Shown here: one piece after another, positions 26,453-35,113 of the stretch
Layout of the letters: each line of letters begins with the position of its first letter
Numbering within the stretch: position 1 is the first letter of the stretch
Virus record (IMG/VR): IMGVR_UViG_3300050821_008607
Coordinates: 34,184-98,183 of that record
DNA: 64,000 nucleotides
Source of the DNA: a virus
Strand: one strand, 5' to 3'
Position numbers and translations under genes: made by a program
The notes under the pieces: model-generated
What the model saw: only the letters and a program-made list of their open reading frames with translations
What the model was told of the DNA's origin: nothing
Databases searched by the model: none

Positions 26453-29400
26453 CTATGCGCTCAGGACGGCACACCGACACCGTGGGTGCGCCGGTACGGA
26501 TCGGTCCCCCGAGGGGAATGAGGCGCCGAGCTGGATCGGCCCGGCCCCGGCGTTGGCGATACACCGCGGGCACGTTCGGCTGGACGGGTCCAGGGCCCAG
26601 CGGACTTGGGTGACGCCGAGCTGCTGGTAGCCGAACAGTGCGGCGAGGCCCGACGAGCGGGTGATCTCCGTGATGGCGACGGCCAGTGCCCGGTCGACGC
26701 TGCCCAGGGCACTGCGCAGGGTCCGGCCCAGGGCCAGGGCGGTTGCCCCGGCGATGAGACCCTTGGCCAACTCGCGGGCCAGGTCCCGGCGGCGCGTGTC
26801 GGCAATGCCCTGCGCAGTCTCGGGAACCTGGTCGAGGATCGGCGTCAGGCCCTCGTCGGCGCCCTGGTCGGTGATGGTCCGCTGGGCTCGGGCGGTGTCG
26901 CCGGGTGTCCAGCCGTTGCGCTCTGCCCGGTCGCCGGTGGCTGCGGCGTGGGCGGAGGTGAGGCCGACGAGATAGCCGTCGGTGTACAGCCCCGGCAAGG
27001 TGTCGACGAGCGGGGTGGTGAGGTCCAGGGTCTGGCTTCCGAGCCACGCCTCAGCGGCTGCGGTCAGTTCGCCCTGTTCGGGGCTGCTGGTCTCGTCGAG
27101 CTGGTGCTCGGCGAGGAACCGGCCGGCGACGTCCTGGGCTGCCGCGGCGGTGAGGACGCCACCGAGTGCCGCGGCGATCACTGCGGCCCAGTGGTTGGCG
27201 GCGTCCTCGTCGGTATCCCAGCCAGGCCACTGGTCGGCAGCCCCCTGGCCAGGGGCTTCACCTTTTCCCGCGCCGACCTTCTCCAGCACCTCGACGCCGA
27301 GGGCGGTGAGGACCTGGTCGAGGTCGGCAAGCAGCTCGGGGCGCACGGCCGGGTTCCCGGCCAGTTGCCCGGGGTGCATCCAGGCGATCGCTTCGATGCA
27401 GTCGCCGTCCGGGTCGTCCGGGTTGGTGACATCCCGGTCGCCGCGAACCGGCACCATGGCCTCGGAGTCGACCGTCCAGACGATGCCCTGGTAGACGCCG
27501 TCCGGACTGACCCATGTGCCGCTCTGGACGCCCGGGGGCGGGATGGACCCGGTCTCCTCCGACCATTCACGCCACGCGCCCATGAGCGGCGACTCGGCCC
27601 CTTCGAGGTGACCGCCGGGGAACTCGAAGGTTCCACCTGCGGGGTCCTCGGGGTCGAGGCAGCGCTGCAGCATCAGGACGCGGCCAGTGTCAGCAGCGCG
27701 CACTGCGAGGCCAGCGACACTGACCTCACCTGCTGCCTTGCGGACGGCGAGCCGGGCGCTCTGGTTGAGGCGCCGTCCGCGGATCGGGTCGATGGCGCGG
27801 AACTCGAAGGGCTCCCACTGGCCGGTGCGGCGCCGCTTCTTGGTGAACGACCGGAACGCGGCCAGCTCGCTCTTGGCCAGCTGCTCCCGGTCCTCCTGGT
27901 CGTCGTTCTCGTCGTCGTGCTGCCCCACGAGGTCGTAGGAGGTGATGCCCGTGGCGGTCGTGATCCCCGCCGTGGGGGCGCCGTCCTTCGCAACCTCGGT
28001 CGCGGGGGCTTCGGCGACGGGCTGCGGGGGTGGGGCGGTGGGCATCGCGTCGAGGCCGTAGATCTGCTCCGCGAGCGGGACGCCCTTCGCCGGCGGTTCC
28101 GGGGTGATGCCTTCCGCGCCGGTGAACACCGAATGTGGCAGCGGCGCGCCGGGTTCGGGGGCGCCGGTCTGGGTGTCGATCTCTCCCGCCACCGAGTACA
28201 GCGACGACAGTGGCACTGGGCCGGCGTGGGAGGTGAAGATGAATCGGGGCACCGGCTGGCCGTTCGGCTCCTGGAGGCCGTAGCGGCTCTCCCGGATCTC
28301 GGACGCGCCGACGACACCGAGTTCGATGTAGATCTTGTCTGCCTGGGCCTGCTGCAGCCGGTCGGCCTGCTCCTCGCCGAGGTCGAAGGCGAAGTCGAGC
28401 GGCAGGCCGAGATCGTCCTGGAGGAACGCGGACAGGATCGTCTGGACGTGGCGCAGCAGCGGCAGGTCGCCGACGCGGTGCTGGACGTCGGCCTGCGACT
28501 CACCGCTGCTCTTGTTGACGGACTCGGTGAATCCGAGGTCGGCCGGTACGACGTGGAATGCCGCCGCGGTCTTCCGCATCAGGAACAGGCTGAAATGATC
28601 CTGGAAGTCTTTCTCGTTGGACCATTCGATCTTGCCGCCGCCGGGCATCCACTTGATCTGGGCCTTGGCGGCCTGGTCGCCCAGCATCCAGGCGTCCCAG
28701 TAGGTCTGGAATGCCTCGATCTGGTCGGGGGTCCAGGTCTCGGGTGCGGACGCGAACGCGGAGGGGATGTTGCCCTCGGTGAAGCGCTGCAGGAAGTACG
28801 CCTGGAACCTGAGGTCGGTGTTGGCGTTGAGGAGGATCGTCTCCAGCGGCGCCAGCCCGTAGGGGCTGTTGGCGCGCTTGCGGAACGGCTGGTAGATCAG
28901 GTCGTCGCGGGTCAGCTGGTCCCACGGCAGGCCGTTGACGTACTGCACGAACGCCGGGGCCGGCGTCTCGGGGCTGTTGCCCCAGTAGTCGAGCAGTGGC
29001 GCGATCATGGTGCCGTCTACGACGCGCAGGCCGATGGCGTCACCGCGGCGGTTCCGGAGCCGGTACAGGGTTCCGGCGTCGTAGGCGAGGGTGTCGTACA
29101 GGAACGAGCCGAGCCAGGCGCTGAAGGACTGCTGGCCGTCGGGCTTGGCGAGGGCTTTCATGCCGATCTGGATGGCGTCGGCGAGGTCGCCGCCGTTCCC
29201 GTCCTTGGCGACCAGGGACCAGTCGAGGGAGCGGATCGAGTCGATGCGGTGCCAGATGCACATCTGGGCGACGTCGTAGGACTCGATCAGGCCGCGCAGG
29301 GTGTCGAAGCTGACGCGCTCGTAGGTCCGCGGCCTGGTGGCCACGTTGTAGTTGGTGACGTAGTTCTCGGTGCGCGGGGTGCGCGAGTACCCGTCGTAGG

Positions 29401-29524
29401 GCCCGAGTGGTGTGCCGGGGCTGAACGGCGACGCCGGGGTCATCTGGGATGCTGCCTGGCCTGCCGCGATGGCTGCGGGCACGTTCGTTCCGTAGGTCTT
29501 GACCAGGCGGCGGGGGTCGGGCAC
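26453..29524 (-). CDS. portal protein fused to NUDIX hydrolase and MuF-like minor head domain
   Basis: portal motifs (YGLAPLE, FHVVPADLG); Nudix box GGHLEGAESPLMGAWREWSEETG; C-terminal TEITR...CPRC...PAHPRCRC. Confidence 0.9.
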   Translation of the reverse strand: MPDPRRLVKTYGTNVPAAIAAGQAASQMTPASPFSPGTPLGPYDGYSRTPRTENYVTNYNVATRPRTYERVSFDTLRGLIESYDVAQMCIWHRIDSIRSLDWSLVAKDGNGGDLADAIQIGMKALAKPDGQQSFSAWLGSFLYDTLAYDAGTLYRLRNRRGDAIGLRVVDGTMIAPLLDYWGNSPETPAPAFVQYVNGLPWDQLTRDDLIYQPFRKRANSPYGLAPLETILLNANTDLRFQAYFLQRFTEGNIPSAFASAPETWTPDQIEAFQTYWDAWMLGDQAAKAQIKWMPGGGKIEWSNEKDFQDHFSLFLMRKTAAAFHVVPADLGFTESVNKSSGESQADVQHRVGDLPLLRHVQTILSAFLQDDLGLPLDFAFDLGEEQADRLQQAQADKIYIELGVVGASEIRESRYGLQEPNGQPVPRFIFTSHAGPVPLSSLYSVAGEIDTQTGAPEPGAPLPHSVFTGAEGITPEPPAKGVPLAEQIYGLDAMPTAPPPQPVAEAPATEVAKDGAPTAGITTATGITSYDLVGQHDDENDDQEDREQLAKSELAAFRSFTKKRRRTGQWEPFEFRAIDPIRGRRLNQSARLAVRKAAGEVSVAGLAVRAADTGRVLMLQRCLDPEDPAGGTFEFPGGHLEGAESPLMGAWREWSEETGSIPPPGVQSGTWVSPDGVYQGIVWTVDSEAMVPVRGDRDVTNPDDPDGDCIEAIAWMHPGQLAGNPAVRPELLADLDQVLTALGVEVLEKVGAGKGEAPGQGAADQWPGWDTDEDAANHWAAVIAAALGGVLTAAAAQDVAGRFLAEHQLDETSSPEQGELTAAAEAWLGSQTLDLTTPLVDTLPGLYTDGYLVGLTSAHAAATGDRAERNGWTPGDTARAQRTITDQGADEGLTPILDQVPETAQGIADTRRRDLARELAKGLIAGATALALGRTLRSALGSVDRALAVAITEITRSSGLAALFGYQQLGVTQVRWALDPSSRTCPRCIANAGAGPIQLGASFPSGDRSVPAHPRCRCAVLSA

Positions 29525-29538
29525 CGGGACCCCCTTGT

Positions 29539-30966
29539 TCAGCGTTGGGCGCGGTAGGCGGCGTTGCGGGCCCGCTGGCGGGCGGCGGCCGGATCCTCTT
29601 GCTGCTCGGGGGCAGGCGGCGGCGCGGCAGTCGGTGCCAGGTCGGGAAGTTCCGCGTCAGCTCCGCCTTGCGTCGCGGCCTCGGCCTGACGGCGCATGTA
29701 GCTGATCCAGCTCTGGGCGCTGAAGTCGTCGGTCAGCTCGGTCACCGCCCACACGAGAGCGTCGAGCCGGTCGGGGCTGGTGCCGTCCTGTGGCGTCCAC
29801 GTCGTCATCTGGTCTTCGAGCTTCGGCATCGCACCGACGTGATGGACCCGGTGCTGCTCGTAGAGAGCGGCGACGGGCTCGGCGCGCTGGACCTTGCCCC
29901 GGGATGCGCTGATGACCTTGACGGGAACGTTCTTGTCGACCTGGCGGATCGTGGACTCGACCATGGCGCCGCCGTAGTTCACCTCGGCAACGATCCGGTC
30001 CGCGGAGAACTCCCGGTAGGCGCCGACGGCCCGGGATGCCCAGCCGTGTGGCGACAGGGAGCAGGAGCGGTCCGCGAGGATGTACAGCTCGCCGTCCACG
30101 CCGAGGCCGGCGACGACGATGCCCTGCTCGTCATTGTTGGGCCCGGACCCGCCGGAGGGGTCGACGGCGACGACGATGCGCTGCATCTCCGGCGGGTTGG
30201 TGATGCGGTCTTGGTCGAGGCCGGCGATGTTCCACAGGGCGCCTTCGACGTCGTCGAGGAGTTCGCCAAGGAGTTCCTGGCGGCCGATGCGGGTGCCCTC
30301 GTAGGTGGCGAGGACCTGCGCCCGGAAGCTGGGGGCGAGGTTGCCGAGGTTGTCGTAGGTCGAGCCGCGGGTGACTGCTGTCGACGGCCGGGCGAGGATG
30401 ACCCGGGTCAGGGCGTTGGGCTTCGGCGTGGTGGTGACCACGCACCGGGGCGTCTCGCCAAGCCGTAGGCCCAGCATGAGGTTGTTCCAGGCCGTGTCGA
30501 GGATGTCGCCCTTGGGGGCGTCGGTCCACGCTGCGGCCTCGTCGGCCCAGGCCCAGTGGTGCTGGGGCCCGCGGAGCTGGGAGGGGACCTCGGCGGAGAA
30601 CGCTGTGGCGATGGACCCGTTCGGCCAGGTCAGGCGTCGCTTCGTGGGCTCGTAGATGGGCGTGAAGTCTTTGGCCGAGCAGGCGATGATGCCGGACTCG
30701 CCTTCGATCATGACGTCGCGGACATCGGCCGGGGTGCGGCCGATCAGCGCCCCGCGGGATCCGGGCATGTCGCGGGCCTGCTCGATGGAGAATTCGGCTG
30801 CTGACCGTGTCTTGCCTGCGCCGCGTCCGGCGATGAAGGCCCAGACGAGCCAGTCGTCGCCCGCGGGCGGCAGTTGCTCGGGGCGGGCGATCTTCCGCCA
30901 TGTCGGGGGCCGGGCGATCTCGAAGTCCCGGGCCGCATATTCGAGCCAGTCGGCGGTGGCGGTCAC
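29539..30966 (-). CDS. terminase large subunit
   Basis: AGRGAGKT, LRGPQH, WADEAAAW, VAVDP and DRLDALVWA motifs. Confidence 0.95.
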   Translation of the reverse strand: MTATADWLEYAARDFEIARPPTWRKIARPEQLPPAGDDWLVWAFIAGRGAGKTRSAAEFSIEQARDMPGSRGALIGRTPADVRDVMIEGESGIIACSAKDFTPIYEPTKRRLTWPNGSIATAFSAEVPSQLRGPQHHWAWADEAAAWTDAPKGDILDTAWNNLMLGLRLGETPRCVVTTTPKPNALTRVILARPSTAVTRGSTYDNLGNLAPSFRAQVLATYEGTRIGRQELLGELLDDVEGALWNIAGLDQDRITNPPEMQRIVVAVDPSGGSGPNNDEQGIVVAGLGVDGELYILADRSCSLSPHGWASRAVGAYREFSADRIVAEVNYGGAMVESTIRQVDKNVPVKVISASRGKVQRAEPVAALYEQHRVHHVGAMPKLEDQMTTWTPQDGTSPDRLDALVWAVTELTDDFSAQSWISYMRRQAEAATQGGADAELPDLAPTAAPPPAPEQQEDPAAARQRARNAAYRAQR

Positions 30967-30981
30967 GAGCCACCTCCCCGG

Positions 30982-31755
30982 CTAGGCCGAGAGCGCTCGC
31001 AGATGCCGCGGGACGACGTCGGAGATCTTGGCTGCCTGCTCGGCGCTCAGGTCGAGATCGTTGAGGATTGCGTTGATCGCCTTGACCACTAGGGCACCCT
31101 GGGCTTCCGCCAGCTTCACGCGGCGCTCCTCGATGCCGGCGCGGATGGCTTCGCCGCAGACCTTGATGAGGTGCTTGCGCTCCTCCTGGTAGAGCTTGAT
31201 CCAGACGTTCGGGCCGGCTTCCTCGGTAGTGCCGCGGTCGTCGCCGCCCTCCTTGCGCCTGGTGATGCCCCAGACGAGGGGGTTCTCGCTGTCGGAGTTG
31301 CTGCTGTACTTCTCGATCTCCTGGACGCGTTCACGCAGCCACGCGACATGCCCGGCGGTCCACTGGACTTCTTCGAGGAGGGCATCAGTGGCGGTGGTCT
31401 CGATCTTGCGGCCGTAGGTGTTCACGAGGGTCCGCGCCTTCTCCTCCGTGGCTCGGCGCAGCGCGCCGGCCTTGGCCTGCCTGGTGGTCCCGCCGTGGAT
31501 GCCGCAGACCCGCTGGTTCTTCCTGGCCCAGCACACGCAGCGTTTGCCGACCTTCTCGGGGTCCGGGTTTGTCGGCGAGTAGTGGGCGGTGCAGCGGCGC
31601 TCGTCGGGCACGTAGTGCTGGTTGCAGAACTCCCGGTCGGGTGGGATCTGCACTTGGCACTGCTGGCCGATGAGTGAGGGGTCCTTCTTGTACTTGGACC
31701 CGTACTTCCCTGCGCACTGGTGGTAGTTCGACCGGTCCACGCGCTTGTGTGCCAC
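30982..31755 (-). CDS. terminase small subunit-like protein with Zn-finger (C..HGG) N-terminus
   Basis: directly upstream of TerL; VCGIHGG; AGIEERRVKLAE; GTG start after GGAGG. Confidence 0.7.
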   Translation of the reverse strand: MAHKRVDRSNYHQCAGKYGSKYKKDPSLIGQQCQVQIPPDREFCNQHYVPDERRCTAHYSPTNPDPEKVGKRCVCWARKNQRVCGIHGGTTRQAKAGALRRATEEKARTLVNTYGRKIETTATDALLEEVQWTAGHVAWLRERVQEIEKYSSNSDSENPLVWGITRRKEGGDDRGTTEEAGPNVWIKLYQEERKHLIKVCGEAIRAGIEERRVKLAEAQGALVVKAINAILNDLDLSAEQAAKISDVVPRHLRALSA

Positions 31756-31778
31756 GGCTGCGTTGACCTCCGACCGTG

Positions 31779-32144
31779 TCAGGGTGCGGCTGCGGGCCGG
31801 ATGGTGAACAGTCCGACGACGAGGGCGGTGGCGTCGGTGAGGCCGGGATCCATCCACAGGGTTGCGGCGTAGGTGGTGTCTGCCTGCAGTGCGCTGGTGG
31901 CGGTGGGGCTGAGGACGGCGGTGACGGTGACGGCGCTGGTGTTGATGGTGATGGAGCCCTGGCCGGTGGGGGCGGTGCTGTTGATGACGGCGGAGGGCGT
32001 GCCGGTTGAGCGGGCGTCTGGGCGGAGGACGAGTTCGAAGGTCTTGCCGGTGATGTTGGCGGGGAGGCCGTTGGTGGTGGTGAACGTGTAGGCCCACTGG
32101 GAGCCGACTGTGCCGTTGGTGGTCCAGGGGAGTGGCAGGGTCAC
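31779..32144 (-). CDS. Ig-like (BppU N-domain-like) protein
   Basis: all-beta pattern NITGKTF...LSPTATSAL..Y...GLFTI. Confidence 0.6.
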   Translation of the reverse strand: MTLPLPWTTNGTVGSQWAYTFTTTNGLPANITGKTFELVLRPDARSTGTPSAVINSTAPTGQGSITINTSAVTVTAVLSPTATSALQADTTYAATLWMDPGLTDATALVVGLFTIRPAAAP

Positions 32145-32162
32145 CGGTCGCCTCCCTTTGGG

Positions 32163-32339
32163 TCAGCCTGTCTGCGTAGCCAGCTGGCGCTTCTCTGTGG
32201 CCCGCTGGGCACGACGGCGCAGCACCTTGGCCCGGGAGCCGTGCTGGCCCCGATACAGGTAGCAGGTGCAGCCTTGGCGGCGGTCGACACAGGTCTGGCC
32301 GTGGCCGGGGTTGGCCCGACCCATGAGCGGAGCGATCAC
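32163..32339 (-). CDS. hypothetical basic protein
   Basis: manual ORF, 58 aa, RBS GAGAGG. Confidence 0.45.
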   Translation of the reverse strand: MIAPLMGRANPGHGQTCVDRRQGCTCYLYRGQHGSRAKVLRRRAQRATEKRQLATQTG

Positions 32340-32348
32340 GGGAACCTC

Positions 32349-32663
32349 TCAGACGGCGGGCGCTGCGGGCCCGGCGGGCGCAATGTCGGGCGCGGTCTGG
32401 GGGACGGGTGCGGGGGTGACGAGCTGGCGGACCGCGGCGATCTCGGCCTTGAGGTCGGCGAGGGCCTCACCGTACAGGGCTTCGGCGTCGGTCCGGGCTT
32501 CTCCGGCGAGCTTGGCGGCGTCGGCGGCGATGTCGGCGCGGAGCTGGCTGAGGACGGGTGCGGCGTCGGCGAGGACGGCCTCGACGAGGGAGTGGGCCTT
32601 GCCCTCCTCGACGCCGAACAGGTGGACGAGCGCGGCCTTGATGGAGGCGAACGAAAACGACAT
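32349..32663 (-). CDS. hypothetical helical protein
   Basis: MSFSFASIK start after GGAG. Confidence 0.6.
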   Translation of the reverse strand: MSFSFASIKAALVHLFGVEEGKAHSLVEAVLADAAPVLSQLRADIAADAAKLAGEARTDAEALYGEALADLKAEIAAVRQLVTPAPVPQTAPDIAPAGPAAPAV

Positions 32664-32689
32664 GCGGGGCTCCAGGGGGTGAGGGTGGG

Positions 32690-32893
32690 TCAGTGGTTGC
32701 GCTTGCGGGCTTTGCGCCAGCCGAGGAGTGCCCCGGTGCTGGTCGCGGCGAGGAAGAGGGCGACGGGTAGCCACCAGGGCCAGTTGTCGTCGTGGACCTG
32801 GTAGTACGAGAGCATCCCGATGGCGAGGAGCAGGAACGGCCTGCCGTCGAGGAAGCGGCCGATCTCGGCGGCGATGCGACGGATCCGGTTCAC
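32690..32893 (-). CDS. small 2-TM membrane protein
   Basis: two hydrophobic helices, basic tail, GTGA coupling. Confidence 0.6.
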   Translation of the reverse strand: MNRIRRIAAEIGRFLDGRPFLLLAIGMLSYYQVHDDNWPWWLPVALFLAATSTGALLGWRKARKRNH

Positions 32894-33054
32894 GTCGTGC
32901 TCGCTGCCGCGTTGTGTTGGCAGTCTTCGCAGCACAGGCCGTCGTGGTTGCCGTTGGCGTCAGTGGTCCATTCGGCGTCGGGCTCGCTGATGGGGCAGTC
33001 CCGGTACGGGAGGCCGCACGAGGTGCACCTGCCGAGGGTGGCGGGCTCGCTCAC
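32890..33054 (-). CDS. small Cys-rich protein
   Basis: manual ORF with CTSC...C...CCEDC, coupled on both sides. Confidence 0.55.
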   Translation of the reverse strand: MSEPATLGRCTSCGLPYRDCPISEPDAEWTTDANGNHDGLCCEDCQHNAAASTT

Positions 33055-33305
33055 TCGAAGATCACCTTGTCGGGGATGAACCGAAGCGTGACCTCGGTGA
33101 ACTCATCGGTCTTGGCGTGCAGTTCGATGCCTGTTCCGCTGAGTAGCAGGCGGCCGTCCTGGTCGAGAACCTTCACCCGATTCAGCACGTTCGGCTGGCC
33201 GATGGCCCCGTTCGGCGTGGCGGGGGCGGGCAGTACGACGCACAGTCGCAGCGGCTCCCTGGAGTGGGCGCGGACGAGCTGCTCCCAGTCGACTTCGGCG
33301 TTCAC
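33051..33305 (-). CDS. hypothetical protein
   Basis: GTGA-coupled. Confidence 0.55.
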   Translation of the reverse strand: MNAEVDWEQLVRAHSREPLRLCVVLPAPATPNGAIGQPNVLNRVKVLDQDGRLLLSGTGIELHAKTDEFTEVTLRFIPDKVIFE

Positions 33306-33499
33306 GACGTCACGCCAGCGCACCGCTTGCACGGCAGTTGCCGGTGGTGGACGTGGCAGGACTGGTCGCGGGCGGGTTCGTAGCGTGGGGTGAGGCCGAC
33401 GAAGTTGAAGTAGGCGGCGGCCTGCTTGCGGGCGAAGTGCCGGGACGTCGCGCGGCGAACGGACCTGGGCGCGGACCGGTCGTAGGTGGTGGCGGGCAT
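33302..33499 (-). CDS. hypothetical protein
   Basis: ATG after AAGGAG. Confidence 0.55.
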   Translation of the reverse strand: MPATTYDRSAPRSVRRATSRHFARKQAAAYFNFVGLTPRYEPARDQSCHVHHRQLPCKRCAGVTS

Positions 33500-33622
33500 G
33501 GGTTGTCTCCTTCGGGGAACTGCGGGGAACTGGTGCGCGCGGTCGCCGCAGTTCCCCAACCGGGGACCGCGCGCACGCGAAACACCCGGCAGCGCAGGGC
33601 GCACCGGGTAGCTGGGGGTTGG

Positions 33623-33814
33623 CTACTCGTCGTCGGGCACGAACTCGGCGGCGACCCCGTACCGGGGCGTGCAGCTGATGGCGTCGTGTGACCAACGCCC
33701 GTTGATCTCGATGGCGTCAGCACCGCAGCGCGAACACGAACCGAAGCGCGGGTGCACGTCCTCGGGGAGCGTGAACGGGGCGTGCAGGGCGCGGGCGGGA
33801 TGATCGTCGGTCAC
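33623..33814 (-). CDS. small Zn-ribbon-like protein
   Basis: CSRC...H..C; coupled. Confidence 0.5.
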   Translation of the reverse strand: MTDDHPARALHAPFTLPEDVHPRFGSCSRCGADAIEINGRWSHDAISCTPRYGVAAEFVPDDE

Positions 33815-34215
33815 TCGCCGCCCTCGGAGAGGATGCTGCGGAGCAGGGAGTCCGGCACAGAATCGGTCTCCTCGCGCGTCCAGCCGAACCGCGTCCAGGC
33901 TGCGTTGTAGAGCGCGGCCTTCGGGGTGTCGGCCGTCGTGCAAGTGATGTACGGCGCCGTCGGATAGACCGGCATGGTCGGGTACATCGGCGTGTACGGC
34001 ATTGTCGGAGGCGTGATCGGGGCGGGCGGGGTCCCACCGGGGCCGAGGTCGGCACAGGGCACGATGTCCCACAGGCCGCTGCTCAGCGCAGGCCACGTCT
34101 CCAGCACCTTGAGCGTGGCCTTGGCCTGCTCTTCGGTGTCGTAGGGGCCGAAAGCCTGCCGGACGCCGGACCGGTCGGACTCGGACAGGACTACAACGAA
34201 GCGGGTGATCATCAC
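33811..34215 (-). CDS. hypothetical protein
   Basis: FGPYDTEEQA motif, Pro-rich linker, coupled. Confidence 0.6.
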   Translation of the reverse strand: MMITRFVVVLSESDRSGVRQAFGPYDTEEQAKATLKVLETWPALSSGLWDIVPCADLGPGGTPPAPITPPTMPYTPMYPTMPVYPTAPYITCTTADTPKAALYNAAWTRFGWTREETDSVPDSLLRSILSEGGE

Positions 34216-34358
34216 GCCTCGCCCTCGTCGTCGACGTCCACGCTGGTGCAGTCGCACGGCCACTCCGCCGCCGACTGCCCCCGGCACTTGCCCGTCGGGC
34301 CGTGCTCGGCGGGGAGGTGGCCGCAGGTGCACGGGATGTAGGCGCGGGAGTCGGGCAT
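34212..34358 (-). CDS. small Cys/His protein
   Basis: CTCGH...H...C...CDC; coupled. Confidence 0.5.
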   Translation of the reverse strand: MPDSRAYIPCTCGHLPAEHGPTGKCRGQSAAEWPCDCTSVDVDDEGEA

Positions 34359-34579
34359 CAGCGCACCTCCCGGAACCTCGGCGTGAACGCGTCCGCGATG
34401 GAGGTGAACGGGCCGGAAGGGCAGCAGGCCGGGCACGGGTCGCCTGCGCCGCAGCCACACGCGCCGTGCTCGCAAGTGTCGTTGAACGCGGCCTCGTGGC
34501 AGCACTCGGGGCCCCAGAGCTTGTCCGGGTGGTTCTCGCAGACGAAGCCGGTATCGCGGCAGGCGGGGCAGGCGGGCAT
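34358..34579 (-). CDS. Cys-rich protein
   Basis: CPACRDTGFVCENHP...GAGDPCPAC; RBS GGAGG. Confidence 0.6.
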   Translation of the reverse strand: MPACPACRDTGFVCENHPDKLWGPECCHEAAFNDTCEHGACGCGAGDPCPACCPSGPFTSIADAFTPRFREVR

Positions 34580-34731
34580 GGTCACCGCCTCCGTGGTAGG
34601 CGTCGCGCGTCCCGGCAGGGCGGCCGGGACGCGCGACCAACCCGCGACCAGCCACCCTCGAAGCACGGGCGCGGGCGCGGGACCCCGCCGTGGGGGGAAG
34701 TCGGCGGGGAGATCAGGCAGGCGGACATGGC

Positions 34732-34766
34732 GAGACCCCGGAGCGATATCCATCTTCCGGGGCCTC
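34732..34766 (-). terminator. hairpin closing the ncRNA unit
   Basis: GAGGCCCCGGA-13nt-TCCGGGGTCTC. Confidence 0.6.
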
Positions 34767-34769
34767 TAT

Positions 34770-35110
34770 GTAATGCCACCTACTGCGCACGCCAGCACGT
34801 TTAAGGGTGCAGGTCAGTCTCAGACCGCCCCGTTCTGCCATTGAACGTACCCAGGCACGGAGAGCCCGGGGCCGGATTCGAACCGGCAACTAACGATTGG
34901 AGCCTGCACTCGGTCGATCTGGCGATCGGTAGCGATGCTGAACCTGGAGCGAGAACCTGAACTTGGGAACGGCTGCCTCTACCGTTTGGGCTACCGGGGC
35001 ACGAGAGCCCCGGGGAGGATTCGAACCTCCACTGTGCCGCGTCGTCAGTCTCGGATTCAGTTTCAGCTTTGGCCCTCACGGGCCACCCCGCCGCTCAGAC
35101 GGGGAGTCTT
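34770..35110 (-). ncRNA. structured RNA with two tandem circularly permuted tRNA-like domains (YrlA-like topology)
   Basis: twice: T-arm (GGTTCGAATCC), then 7-bp acceptor stem closed by a loop, then TA and D-arm; domains at ~34969-35040 and ~34824-34897, each on a long irregular stem. Ends are approximate. Confidence 0.8.
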
Positions 35111-35113
35111 GGG

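Noticed and set aside
8719-29557. Very long plus-strand ORFs (8719-10593, 11879-13873, 17607-19685, 22614-26081, 26606-29557)
   Set aside because: Antisense shadows of high-GC genes with no recognisable motifs
34864-35000. A normal tRNA gene formed from the D arm of domain 1 and T arm of domain 2 with an anticodon insertion, or an att-site tRNA remnant
   Set aside because: The cross acceptor stem has a C-C mismatch, the anticodon stems do not pair across domains, and there is no CCA or nearby integrase. The local closed acceptor hairpins pair fully
34801-35079. 92-aa minus-strand ORF
   Set aside because: Lies wholly over the structured RNA, has no clear RBS and has atypical composition
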